NCBI GenBank assembly: GCA_026225115.1
Contig: JAMFSE010000107.1
Location: forward strand, 1,275 to 65,274
DNA: 64,000 nt
Direction: 5' to 3'
Source of the DNA: Rhodovastum atsumiense
GTDB taxonomy: Bacteria > Pseudomonadota > Alphaproteobacteria > Acetobacterales > Acetobacteraceae
Position numbers and translations under genes: made by a program. Below, one piece after another: positions 1 to 9,620 of this stretch (within the stretch, counting starts at the first letter, position 1; each line of letters starts with the position of its first letter). The notes below the pieces were generated by a model. That model saw only the letters and a list, made by a program, of their open reading frames with translations, did no database searches and had not been told where the DNA came from.

Positions 1-801
1 CCGCCGACGCATTATCACTGGATCGACACCAACGCCGTTGCTCACGCAACTCTGGCCTCCGGCGCCCCGGCAGACGCCAAGCGCCGCCTCTCGCAATACC
101 ACCAGCTGGAATGCGCGCTCACCACCGCCAACGTGACCATCCACCGCACGGTGCCGGAGCCGCAGCTGCCCTATCAGGTCTACACAAGGGATTCCTCGCA
201 AACCACACCCTGGGGCCCAATTCTCACCAGCCTGGCCATGCCCCAGCGCCGCGGCGAATACGCCTCGCTGCTCAATTTCCATGCCCAATATGACGGCTTC
301 TACAAATATACCACCGCCGGCACGGTAGAAGGCGGCGACATCCACATCGTCCACCCCGGCCTCCTCATCCTCGGCAATTCCGGGGTGCGAACCAACCAAG
401 CCGGCGCCGCTCAATTCGCCGAGTTCTTCACCGAGCAAGGCTGGGAAGTAAAACAAATCCCCTTCGCCGAGCATTTCCTGCATCTCGACGTCCTGTTCTG
501 CATGGCCAATCCGCGCCTCGCCGTCGCCTGTATCGACGTCCTGGGTGAAGCCTTCGAGACGTTCCTCAACGACCGGCAGATCAAGGTCATCCACGCCAGC
601 TACGCCGAGGTGATGGCGATGTCCTGCAATCTGCTATCGCTCGGCAATGACCGCGTCATCTCGCCGCACCATTCCACCCGCCTGAACGCGGCCTTGCGTG
701 CCCAGGGCATTACGGTCCTGGACCCAGAGCTGGACGAATTCGCCCGCGGCGGCGGCTCCGTCCATTGCATGACCATGCCCCTCCTCCGCGACCCAATCTA
801 A
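1..801 (+). CDS. Amidinotransferase / arginine deiminase / DDAH-family (pentein) protein, 5'-truncated by window edge
   Basis: Frame is open from base 1 (PPTHYHWIDTN...). Motifs YTRD, FLHLDV and C-terminal GGGSVHCMT carry the Cys-His-Asp catalytic set. Confidence 0.88.
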   Translation, partial: PPTHYHWIDTNAVAHATLASGAPADAKRRLSQYHQLECALTTANVTIHRTVPEPQLPYQVYTRDSSQTTPWGPILTSLAMPQRRGEYASLLNFHAQYDGFYKYTTAGTVEGGDIHIVHPGLLILGNSGVRTNQAGAAQFAEFFTEQGWEVKQIPFAEHFLHLDVLFCMANPRLAVACIDVLGEAFETFLNDRQIKVIHASYAEVMAMSCNLLSLGNDRVISPHHSTRLNAALRAQGITVLDPELDEFARGGGSVHCMTMPLLRDPI

Positions 802-812
802 CCCAGCCCCTC

Positions 813-847
813 GCCGTCATTGCGAGCGGAGCGATGCAATCCATCTT
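813..847 (+). repeat. Interspersed palindromic repeat family A (GTCATTGCGAGCG-AGCG--GCAATCCATCTT), copy 1
   Basis: Near-identical copies at 31292-31326 and 57637-57668; ATTGC...GCAAT inverted arms. Confidence 0.85.
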
Positions 848-868
848 TTCTGACCCGGGACCTCATAA

Positions 869-1741
869 CTACTCCCGCGTCGCCAAAGCCGTCACCGCCA
901 ACGCCGCCGCAGAAGCCCTATTCTCCACTCCGAGCTTCGTAAAAATCTGCTCCAAATGCTTATTCACGGTACGCGGACTAATCCCCAAAATGTCACTGAT
1001 ATCCCGATTGGACTTCCCCCGCGCGATCCATATTAGAACCTCGGACTCCCGCGTCGTCAGCGATAAATATTGCCGCAGAAACAACTCCTCCTGGCCGCCC
1101 CCGGTCTCCGTCAACCGGTATAAATACTCATCGGCTCCGGTTCGGCTCAGAAACGTAAAAACCAATTGCCTGCCATTCGCACTGATGCTGTTACTGCGTG
1201 GCAGCACAAAATCCTCCGCCGAAAAATCCGGCAACGAAAGCATCAACCGTTTTTCGGCCTGCGGCGTACACCAGATTATCCGCCCCGCCTGCGTCGCCGC
1301 CAGCAAAAACCGCCCCGTGGCATCCAGCGCAATCCGCGCCCGGTTCGCAATCCGCGCATTCGCCAGATGCACCCGGATCCGCGCCAGCAACTCATCCACC
1401 ACAATCGGCTTCGAGACATAATCCACCCCGCCTGCCTCCAGCCCGCGCACCACATGTTCGGTATCGGAAAGCCCGGTCATGAATATAACCGGCAAATGCG
1501 ACAATGCGGCATCGGCCTTAATCCGCCGGCAGGTCTCAAACCCATCCATCGCCGGCATCATCGCGTCCATCAAAATTAAATCCGGCGTCACATGCCCCAG
1601 AGTCTTAATCGCACTTTCACCATCGGTCGCCACCAGCACGGTAAGATTGGCATGCTCCAGCGCGTCCGTCAGAAATCCCAGCGTATCGGGCGTATCATCC
1701 ACCACCAGGATCGTGTCACGCTGCTTCGCGCGGTCAGACAT
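869..1741 (-). CDS. Response regulator, REC + LuxR-type HTH
   Basis: ILVVDD...LILMDAMMP...KP receiver; C-terminal LTTRESEVLIWIARGKSNRDISDILGISPRTVNKH HTH; overlaps the kinase stop by 8 nt. Confidence 0.93.
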   Translation of the reverse strand: MSDRAKQRDTILVVDDTPDTLGFLTDALEHANLTVLVATDGESAIKTLGHVTPDLILMDAMMPAMDGFETCRRIKADAALSHLPVIFMTGLSDTEHVVRGLEAGGVDYVSKPIVVDELLARIRVHLANARIANRARIALDATGRFLLAATQAGRIIWCTPQAEKRLMLSLPDFSAEDFVLPRSNSISANGRQLVFTFLSRTGADEYLYRLTETGGGQEELFLRQYLSLTTRESEVLIWIARGKSNRDISDILGISPRTVNKHLEQIFTKLGVENRASAAALAVTALATRE

Positions 1742-4700
1742 CTCGGTTCAGCTCTCGGCTCAACTCCGGTAAATTCTCCAGACACGCGATATAGCGGGAG
1801 AGCTCAAACCCGCGCACCATCTCCCGCAAATGCCCGGCGAACGCCGCCGTCTCAGGCTCGGCCTCTGTAACCTCACTCAGCTTCGCCTCAATCCCGCGCA
1901 CATATCCAATCCGCCCCAGCTGCAACAAATCCGAGAGATGCTCCAACCTCGGCCGCACCATGGTCAACGGATCATCCTGCACCGGCAAAACAACCGCCGG
2001 CACCGCATCGTAAACCCAATTCAACCCAAGCAAATTCCGGATCATCTCCAACAACGCTCGAATATCCATCGGCTTTGCCAAATACCCATCATGTGCTTGA
2101 AGTTTCGGCTCGGACGCTTCGGCCGCCGTCTTCACCCGCGGCGCATCATGAAAATTCCCCGACACGATCAGTATCCGCAATTTCTCTCCAAACCGCGCCC
2201 GCAACGCCGCCGCCGCCTCCAGGCCGGACATCCCCGGCATCGAAATATCCAGGATCACCAGTTCCGGCTCACAATCATTCGCCAGCGCCAAACCCGATTG
2301 TCCATCATTGGCGTTGAACCGTACAAAACCCAACGGCGCCAGAATATCGTTCAGCAACTCGACATGATCGAAATCATCATCGACGATCAACACCCTCCGC
2401 CGCGCCCCCGAATATCCGGTAATACGCCGCTCGACCACCGCCGCGGAAGGTCCCAACGGCGCTTCGGAAAGCAACATCCGAACCCGGAACAGGCTCCCTT
2501 CCCCCACCCGGCTTTCAACCGAAATCTCGCCCCCAAGTATCTGCGTCAACAGTTTGGTAATCGTCAGCCCCAGCCCGGTCCCCGGCACCGCATTGGCCGC
2601 AGCCATATGCCCACGCTCAAATGGTTCAAAAATCGTCTCGATATCTTCCGTCCGTATCCCATGTCCGGTATCCACAATCTCGAATTCCGTCACCTGCCCG
2701 CGCCGCTTAATCCGTAAGCTCGCGCTACCCTTCTCGGTATATTTAATTGCGTTTGAAAGAAGATTAATCAGAATCTGCCGCAACCGCTTCTCATCAGTAT
2801 GAATAAAGCGCGGCAGATTTTTCGGCCGTTCATCAAAAAACCCAATCCCCTTCGCCGCCGCCTGCAGCCGAAACATATCGACAATCTGGTCAAGAAACTC
2901 CGGCAAATTCACCCGGTCCCTGTGCAGCTGCAGCGCCCCGGTTTCAATCTGCGAAATATCCAGCAACCCATCTACCAGATTCGACAAATGCTCAGCACTG
3001 CGGCGGATCACCCGCACCGCATCGGCAGGCCGCAACGTACTCGCCCGCTCCAATAATTGCGCGTAGCCGAAAATCGCATTCAACGGCGCCCGAATCTCGT
3101 GGATCACCCCCACAATATACCGGCTCTTCGCGGTGTTCGCCGATTCCGCAACACCTTTCGCTTTCTCCAGCGCAGCATCCGTGCGCTCATGCGCGGAAAT
3201 CTCCTCCATCAGCATCGCCGTCTGATGCCCCGTCTCCTGCTCCGCCGCTCCCCGGCTCGCCTGCGCCAGAACCAGCAGCCAGGCGGTAATACCCGCCAGA
3301 ATAAACAGCGCGAAAAACACCGCCCAGAGCGTAGTGTATATCACCTGCGCCGCGTCCGGCGACATTGTTGCGTACTCAAATCCAATCAACGAGAGCAGCG
3401 CCGCAATAACCGCCGTAAACAACCCGAACACGGCGAGGAACATCCCAACCCGCCGGTCCACCCGGGCGGTAATCCGCTTCGGCAAAACCTTCACGAAAGC
3501 ATCGCTGAACTGTTCGGAAAACCGCGCGTTCGGCTTGCACAAATCATGGCAGCGCGCATCCAGAGAACAACACAACGAACAGATATTGCCCCGATAGGCC
3601 GGGCAATAAGCCATATCCGGCCGCTCGAACGCGCTCTCGCAGATCACGCATTTCAACGCAGCACGCGGCCCGTCATTCGGCGCTTCCTGCAACGCATCCT
3701 TGCGTGCCAAATAATATTTTCCGCCGGTGGCAAACGCGATGACTGGCGCCGCCACAAAAGCAATCAAAAGCCCAAAGAACGGCGCCAGCGCATGCGCGGT
3801 CGCACCAAATACATTAAAGCTCATCGCCGTGGAGACCACGATGGAAAGCGCCATCGCGCCAACCCCCACCGGGTTGATGTCGTATAAATGCGCGCGCTTG
3901 AACTCAATCCCCGGCGGGCTCAGCCCCAACGGCTTGTTAATCACAAGATCGCCCGCCAGCGCCCCCATCCAGCCGACCGCGAAATTCGCATAAAGCCCAA
4001 GAATGCTCTGGATCACATGCCAGATGCCGATCTCCATCAGCAACAGCGCCAGCAGCACGTTGAACACCACCCAAACCACCCGCCCCGGATGGCTATGCGT
4101 CAGCCGCGAGAAAAAATTCGACCAGGCGATCGACCCCGCATAGGCATTGGTCGTGTTGATCTTGATCTGGCAGGTAACCACCAGCACCAGCATCAGCCAG
4201 CCGGCCAGCGCCGGATTCTGAAACAACTCGGTAAACGCCAGCCGGTACATCGTCGCCGGCTGCGACGCATCATCCCAAGACGCCCCGCGCTCCAACGCCA
4301 AATAAGTCAAAAATGACCCCGCGGCGATTTTGGCGCAACCGGTAAACACCCAGCCCGGCCCCGTCAGCAGCAACGCGCTCCACCAGCCAAACGCACCGCT
4401 GCGCGCCCGGTCCGGCAAAAATCGCAAATAGTCGACCTGCTCGCCCACCTGCGGCAATAGCGACAACAAAACCGACGCCGCCATGCCAAAGGGCAGCAGG
4501 GAAAACCCATTAACCCCGTTGCCCCCGTTAAACTGCGTCCAGGCGGAAAAATCCGGCAACCCCCGCCAGGCTAGCACCAGCAATGGCCCAAACTGCAGCG
4601 CCAGCCAGATCGGCTGCGTCCACAACTGCATCCGGCTGATCGCCTTTATCCCGTAAGCCGCGATCGGAATAACCACCACCGCCGAGACCACATTCGCCAG

Positions 4701-5150
4701 CCATAACGGCACCGCCAGCACCATCGTAATGGCCGCCGACATGATGCTCGCCTCGATCGAAAACAGAATAAACGTGAACATCGCATAAATCAGCGACGTA
4801 ATGGTGGACCCGATATACCCAAACCCCGCCCCACGCGTCAGCAGATCAACATCCACCCCATTGCGCGTCGCCGACAGACAGATCGGCAGCCCAACCAGAA
4901 ACATCAGTGCGCCCGCAGCGACAATCGCGAACATCGCATTGGTGAACCCAAATGCCAGCGTAATCGACCCGCCAATCGCCTCGCATGCAAGAAACGAAAC
5001 CGCCCCCAAAGCGGTATTCCCAACCCGAAACGCCGACCACCTTCTCGCTCTCTGCGCGGTATAGCGCAGCGCGTAATCCTCAAGCGTCTGGTTCCCAACC
5101 CACTGGTTGTATTGCCGCCTCTGGTGAATAACGCGCTGCTGGCCGCTCAT
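1734..5150 (-). CDS. Hybrid histidine kinase with N-terminal NCS1/purine-cytosine-permease-like multi-TM domain, Cys-rich linker, HisKA, HATPase_c and REC
   Basis: About 12 hydrophobic segments in residues ~45-470; HEIRAPLN H-box, NLLSNAIKYT, DTGHGI, GTGLGL boxes; C-terminal VILDISMPG receiver. Confidence 0.9.
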   Translation of the reverse strand: MSGQQRVIHQRRQYNQWVGNQTLEDYALRYTAQRARRWSAFRVGNTALGAVSFLACEAIGGSITLAFGFTNAMFAIVAAGALMFLVGLPICLSATRNGVDVDLLTRGAGFGYIGSTITSLIYAMFTFILFSIEASIMSAAITMVLAVPLWLANVVSAVVVIPIAAYGIKAISRMQLWTQPIWLALQFGPLLVLAWRGLPDFSAWTQFNGGNGVNGFSLLPFGMAASVLLSLLPQVGEQVDYLRFLPDRARSGAFGWWSALLLTGPGWVFTGCAKIAAGSFLTYLALERGASWDDASQPATMYRLAFTELFQNPALAGWLMLVLVVTCQIKINTTNAYAGSIAWSNFFSRLTHSHPGRVVWVVFNVLLALLLMEIGIWHVIQSILGLYANFAVGWMGALAGDLVINKPLGLSPPGIEFKRAHLYDINPVGVGAMALSIVVSTAMSFNVFGATAHALAPFFGLLIAFVAAPVIAFATGGKYYLARKDALQEAPNDGPRAALKCVICESAFERPDMAYCPAYRGNICSLCCSLDARCHDLCKPNARFSEQFSDAFVKVLPKRITARVDRRVGMFLAVFGLFTAVIAALLSLIGFEYATMSPDAAQVIYTTLWAVFFALFILAGITAWLLVLAQASRGAAEQETGHQTAMLMEEISAHERTDAALEKAKGVAESANTAKSRYIVGVIHEIRAPLNAIFGYAQLLERASTLRPADAVRVIRRSAEHLSNLVDGLLDISQIETGALQLHRDRVNLPEFLDQIVDMFRLQAAAKGIGFFDERPKNLPRFIHTDEKRLRQILINLLSNAIKYTEKGSASLRIKRRGQVTEFEIVDTGHGIRTEDIETIFEPFERGHMAAANAVPGTGLGLTITKLLTQILGGEISVESRVGEGSLFRVRMLLSEAPLGPSAAVVERRITGYSGARRRVLIVDDDFDHVELLNDILAPLGFVRFNANDGQSGLALANDCEPELVILDISMPGMSGLEAAAALRARFGEKLRILIVSGNFHDAPRVKTAAEASEPKLQAHDGYLAKPMDIRALLEMIRNLLGLNWVYDAVPAVVLPVQDDPLTMVRPRLEHLSDLLQLGRIGYVRGIEAKLSEVTEAEPETAAFAGHLREMVRGFELSRYIACLENLPELSRELNRDV

Positions 5151-5197
5151 GCCTCAGGTATCTAGCCTGCCCCGCGCAGGGTCAAGGAAAAGCAAGA

Positions 5198-5240
5198 CAA
5201 GCAGTTCTTTTTCTAAAGAAAAAGAACCAAAAAGACTTTT
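5198..5240 (+). repeat. Interspersed hairpin repeat family B (CAAGCAGTTCTTTTTCT-AA-AGAAAAAGAACCAAAAAGACTTTT), copy 1
   Basis: 42/43 identical to 57544-57586; perfect 11-bp stem GTTCTTTTTCT/AGAAAAAGAAC. Confidence 0.9.
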
Positions 5241-5280
5241 GTCCTTACGCACCGGGTGTTGGATCAGCCAATGCTTAAAT

Positions 5281-6108
5281 TCACCTATACCCAAATTTCT
5301 CCATCATCTCGGCATGGTCCGTCTCCAACCTCAACCGTTGCGCGGACAACAAAACCTCCCGCCATTGCCCCGCTCGCCCCGCTCGAAAAAACGGCGCGGT
5401 GGAACCCGCCGCATTGGCAACATAGCCATGCTCAGCCTCCTGCCCCCGCAGCGAGTCAAACGCACTGAACCCGATCGCCTTATCCAGCCGCGCCGGATCA
5501 GCCCCACCACCCAGAAACCCAATAACCTTTCCAAAACTCTCTAACGGACTCTCCAGCAAATCCTCATAACGCAGCACCAGCAGTTTCGGATTCCGTTTCC
5601 GCGTCCACAAATCCACATGCGTCGACCAAGAACCCAGCATCTCGAACACCTGCGCATCGGTCCCCCGATTGGCCGCCTGCGCCTTGCCCATGAAATCGAT
5701 AATCCTATCAACGCTCCTGCCGGTATAATGGCTATAAGAAACCGCGACATCGCGCGGATCGCGCACAATATAAATCGCCCCTTGGGTGAATTCCGGCGTG
5801 CAAAGCGGCACCCCATGCACCGTCAGCGACGCATTATGGGTCTTCACAAACACCAGATCATCATGCAACCGCGTAAAATCCCGATGCACCAGCGGCCGCA
5901 TCTGCTGCACCTCCGCAATCGCATAGGCCGACGCCGGACGCGCATCATACTTTCTGTAAAACAGTGCATTACTTTCGCTAACCGAAAGATCGACCAGCCG
6001 GTTGATGCTGTAAGCCGCCTCCGGCTGCGCGATATAATTATGCAAAAACGCCCGCAACCACGTATTGCCCGATTTCGGATAGGATGCCAGCCAAACGATC
6101 TTGCCCAT
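5281..6108 (-). CDS. Sulfotransferase (Sulfotransfer_1-like, aryl/cytosolic type)
   Basis: 5'-PSB loop LASYPKSGNTW, 3'-PB IVRDPRDVAVS, C-terminal FFRAGRAGQW. ATG at 6108 preferred over 6138. Confidence 0.88.
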   Translation of the reverse strand: MGKIVWLASYPKSGNTWLRAFLHNYIAQPEAAYSINRLVDLSVSESNALFYRKYDARPASAYAIAEVQQMRPLVHRDFTRLHDDLVFVKTHNASLTVHGVPLCTPEFTQGAIYIVRDPRDVAVSYSHYTGRSVDRIIDFMGKAQAANRGTDAQVFEMLGSWSTHVDLWTRKRNPKLLVLRYEDLLESPLESFGKVIGFLGGGADPARLDKAIGFSAFDSLRGQEAEHGYVANAAGSTAPFFRAGRAGQWREVLLSAQRLRLETDHAEMMEKFGYR

Positions 6109-6161
6109 AGCCAGCCTTATAACCGCGGCAATGCTCAAATCCAGAGCCCGCTACCGCAGCA

Positions 6162-8114
6162 TCATTGCCCGACGCGAAGCAACTCATCCACCTTGGTCGC
6201 AAGATCCGCCTGCCGGAACGGCTTGCTCAACCTCGGCACATCCGCCGGCAAATCCGCGCCGGCCGCGGCATATCCGGTGATCAATAATGCCGGCATCCGA
6301 ATGCCAGCGGCGCGAAGCTCGGCAATCAGCGCCGCCCCCGTCATCCCCGGCATCAAATGGTCCGTCACCAGCACCTCCATCTGCTCACCAGAACGAAGCC
6401 TGGAAAGCGCCTGACTCGCAGACGCTGCCTCCACCACCTGATAGCCGACATCGCGCAGCATATCCGCTGTCGCCAACCGCACGATCTCTTCATCATCAAC
6501 CAGCAACACCTTGGCGGCCCGCCTTGCACTCACTGGCTCGCTGTGCCCGGTTACCGCCAGGTCGGTGACCTCATCGGTCGCCGGCAGCCAAAGCTCCACC
6601 ACGGTCCCCTCACCCGGCCGGCTGGAAATCTGCAACGTGCCGCCACTTTGCGCCGCCAGCCCATGCACCATCGACAGCCCAAGCCCGGTGCCCTTGCCCA
6701 TCTCCTTGGTCGAGAAGAACGGCTCCGTCGCGCGCGCCAGCGTTTCCTTATCCATCCCATGCCCGGTATCCGTCGCCGTCACACGAATATACTCGCCCAC
6801 CGCAAGCCCAATCGAATTGCGCGCTCCTGCCGCCGTCCGATCAACGGAAAGCTTCAACTGGCCCCCATCCGGCATCGCATCCCGCGAGTTGATGGCCAAA
6901 TTCAACAACGCCAGTTCAAGCTGGTTAGGATCGACCCGCGCCGAAGGCAGACCCTTTGGCAGATCCAGCTCAATTCCGATCGTTGGCCCAAGCGAACGCT
7001 GCATCAACTCGACGATCCCACCGATCAGCGCGCTTACATCCACCGCCACCGGCTGCAGCGCCTGCCGCCGTGCAAAAGACAACAGCCTGTGCGTCAGCGT
7101 CGCCGCCCGCTCAGCCGCCCGCAACGCGCCGCCCACAAGTTTTTGCGTCCGCTCATCATCCTTATGGCGGCGCCGTATCAAATCCAGATTGCCTACAATC
7201 GGCGTCAGCAGATTATTAAAGTCATGTGCAACGCCACCCGTCAGCTGCCCAATCGCATCCATCTTCTGCGCTTGCGCAAGCCGCGCATCTGCCTCCTTTC
7301 GGTCCGTGATATCCGACACAACGCCAACAATCCGCAGCGGCTGCCCACCGCTCGATTCATAACGAACCCGCCCCTTTTTCACGATCCAGCGCGCCACCCC
7401 GTCCGCCCCCGTAATCGCGCATTCAATATCCAAAACCCCGCTCGAGGGCGCAGCCTCAAAAGCAGCACTCACCGCCGCCCGCTGGCTGGGCTCCACATGG
7501 CTTAGCAGCAATTCAACATGCCACTCCGGCTGCGCCTCGGGGTAGCCAAAAATCTGATCATGCCGCTCCGTCCGCTCGATCTTCCCGGTGTTGAGATCCA
7601 AATCCCAGCTGCCCATCCCCGCGGCGCCAAGGGCAAATTCCAGATTATCCCGCGCCGACTCCAAATCGCCGGTCCGCTCCACCACCGCCTGCTCCAGCGT
7701 CTCGGAAGCTGCCCGCACCTCATACTGCCGACGCCGCGCCTTTAACGCCGAGCGGACCGCCCCCAACATCGCCTCCGCATGCAGCGGCCGCTGCAGCAGC
7801 ACCACATTCCCAAGGTCTTCCAGCCGCCCCGATGCAACCGCCGAACGCGGCGCGCTGCCGCTATTCGCCAACACCACGAACGGTAAATCCGACCATTTCG
7901 GCTGCGCCACCACCCATTCCGAAAGCTCGTGCCGGTTGCCTGCAGCCAGCGCTTCTTCGGTAATCAAAGCGCTCCCGGCGCCCAATGTAAGCTCGGCCAC
8001 CAGCTCGCTTAAGCCGGCGCAGACCTGCACAGCATGTCCATTCTTCTGCAGTAATTCCGCCGCAATTGCAGCATCGCGGCCACGCGGCGCCAGAATAAGG
8101 ACCCGCTCTTCCAT
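6162..8114 (-). CDS. Hybrid histidine kinase: pseudo-receiver, PAS/PAC, HisKA, HATPase_c, REC
   Basis: GGVAHDFNNLL H-box, NLAINSRDAM, DTGHGM, GTGLGL; PAS-like GSWDLDL...IVGVVSDIT; the N-terminal receiver fold lacks the acidic pocket. Confidence 0.92.
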   Translation of the reverse strand: MEERVLILAPRGRDAAIAAELLQKNGHAVQVCAGLSELVAELTLGAGSALITEEALAAGNRHELSEWVVAQPKWSDLPFVVLANSGSAPRSAVASGRLEDLGNVVLLQRPLHAEAMLGAVRSALKARRRQYEVRAASETLEQAVVERTGDLESARDNLEFALGAAGMGSWDLDLNTGKIERTERHDQIFGYPEAQPEWHVELLLSHVEPSQRAAVSAAFEAAPSSGVLDIECAITGADGVARWIVKKGRVRYESSGGQPLRIVGVVSDITDRKEADARLAQAQKMDAIGQLTGGVAHDFNNLLTPIVGNLDLIRRRHKDDERTQKLVGGALRAAERAATLTHRLLSFARRQALQPVAVDVSALIGGIVELMQRSLGPTIGIELDLPKGLPSARVDPNQLELALLNLAINSRDAMPDGGQLKLSVDRTAAGARNSIGLAVGEYIRVTATDTGHGMDKETLARATEPFFSTKEMGKGTGLGLSMVHGLAAQSGGTLQISSRPGEGTVVELWLPATDEVTDLAVTGHSEPVSARRAAKVLLVDDEEIVRLATADMLRDVGYQVVEAASASQALSRLRSGEQMEVLVTDHLMPGMTGAALIAELRAAGIRMPALLITGYAAAGADLPADVPRLSKPFRQADLATKVDELLRVGQ

Positions 8115-9620
8115 TCAGGAATAGCCGGCCGGCCGTCCCGCAAGCAGGGTTTGGCCGTCGCCGGAAAACGATGGGACCCCGGTCAGCACACCCTGAAAAT
8201 CCGTCAAGGGCGCGCTGAAGCGTAAGCCATTGGCGCCAATCTTAAATTCGCGGATCGTCCGCTCATGCGCAAAGGTTCTGGTTTTTATCACTGAAATTGC
8301 CTGTCGCACCTCGCCTGCCGCCTCAAAAAAGCGCAGCAACACCGCGGTGTCGGCCAGGTAACTCAAATCCACATCGACGCGAATATCCCCCGTGACCCCA
8401 TGCATGCCAAGAATCAGCAGGGTCACCACACCGCGTTGTCCCAGATAGGTCAGCATTTCATGCATCTGCAGCACCATGAATTGCTCATTAGGCATCGATT
8501 GCAGATACGCGTTGAGGCTGTCGATCGCAACGACACGCGCCCCATTCTGCTCCACCGCCTCGCGTACTTCAGTCGCAAACTCCCCGGGCGACAGCTCGGC
8601 CGGGTCGATGGCGCGAATATTCAACGCACCGGAGTCGATATGGGGCTGCAAATCCAGTCCCAGAGCGGCTGAGCGCTTGAGCAGCGTCGGCAACCGCTCG
8701 TCAAACAGAAAATACGCGGCTTTCTCGCCACGCTTCAACGCCGCCACCATGCATTGAACCAAGGTGGTCGTTTTCCCAACGCCGGCCGGGCCGGTCAGCA
8801 GCGTCGCGGTGCCCGGTGCCAAACCACCGCCCAGCAACGCGTCGAACTCCGTCGATCCCGTTGAAACAGCCGCATCACTAAACACAACACCGTGCTCGGC
8901 CGCCGCCAGACGCGGAAACACCTTCAGGCCTCCCCGCTCGATCTCGAAATCATGATAGCCGCCGCGATATTGCATGCCGCGCATCTTCACCACATGCAGC
9001 CGCCGGCGCTGCGCGCCAAACCCGGAAAGCGCCTGCTCCAGCGCGATAACGCCATGCGCAATGCTATGCAGCTGCAGATCGCTGCCCGCGGCGCTCTTAT
9101 CGTCCAGCACCAGAACCGTGCAGCGCCGGGTCGAAAAAAAATGTTTCAGCGCCAAAATCTGCCGGCGGTATCGAACCGGCCCCTGTGCCAGCAGCCGCAA
9201 CTCCGACAGGCTATCGATGACAAGCCGCACCGGCTGCAGCTCATCGACCTTTTTCATGATCGCCCGGATCGTCTCGCCCAGTTCGACTTCGCTCGGATGC
9301 AGGAGGGTCTGCTCCTGGTCATCGCCCAGCCCTTCCTCAGGCACCATTTCGAGCACGCTGATCGAATCCAGCGACCAACCATGCGTAGCGCCCACGGCGA
9401 GCAATTCCTTCTCGGTTTCCGCCAGCGTAATATATAGTCCCGGCTGCCCCAGTTTGGCGCCGGCAAGCAGAAAACCAAGCCCTAATGTCGTCTTGCCGGT
9501 CCCCGGCGTACCCTCGACAATATAAAGCCGCTCAGCGGTCAAACCACCGCCGAGAACGCTATCAAGCCCGGAAATGCCGGTGGCTTCCCGTATCTCGTTA
9601 CCATTGCTCAAGCGCTTCAC
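8115..9620 (-). CDS. KaiC-like double-domain RecA-superfamily ATPase
   Basis: Two Walker A motifs (GTPGTGKT, GPAGVGKT), Walker B VIDS/AIDS, arginine-finger VVKMRG and VIKTRT. Its TGA directly abuts the kinase ATG. Confidence 0.9.
   Translation of the reverse strand: MKRLSNGNEIREATGISGLDSVLGGGLTAERLYIVEGTPGTGKTTLGLGFLLAGAKLGQPGLYITLAETEKELLAVGATHGWSLDSISVLEMVPEEGLGDDQEQTLLHPSEVELGETIRAIMKKVDELQPVRLVIDSLSELRLLAQGPVRYRRQILALKHFFSTRRCTVLVLDDKSAAGSDLQLHSIAHGVIALEQALSGFGAQRRRLHVVKMRGMQYRGGYHDFEIERGGLKVFPRLAAAEHGVVFSDAAVSTGSTEFDALLGGGLAPGTATLLTGPAGVGKTTTLVQCMVAALKRGEKAAYFLFDERLPTLLKRSAALGLDLQPHIDSGALNIRAIDPAELSPGEFATEVREAVEQNGARVVAIDSLNAYLQSMPNEQFMVLQMHEMLTYLGQRGVVTLLILGMHGVTGDIRVDVDLSYLADTAVLLRFFEAAGEVRQAISVIKTRTFAHERTIREFKIGANGLRFSAPLTDFQGVLTGVPSFSGDGQTLLAGRPAGYS

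Noticed and set aside
8115-9620. Calling the gene kaiC as part of a true circadian clock
   Set aside because: No kaiA or kaiB in the window and the ST phosphosite pair is altered; symbol withheld.
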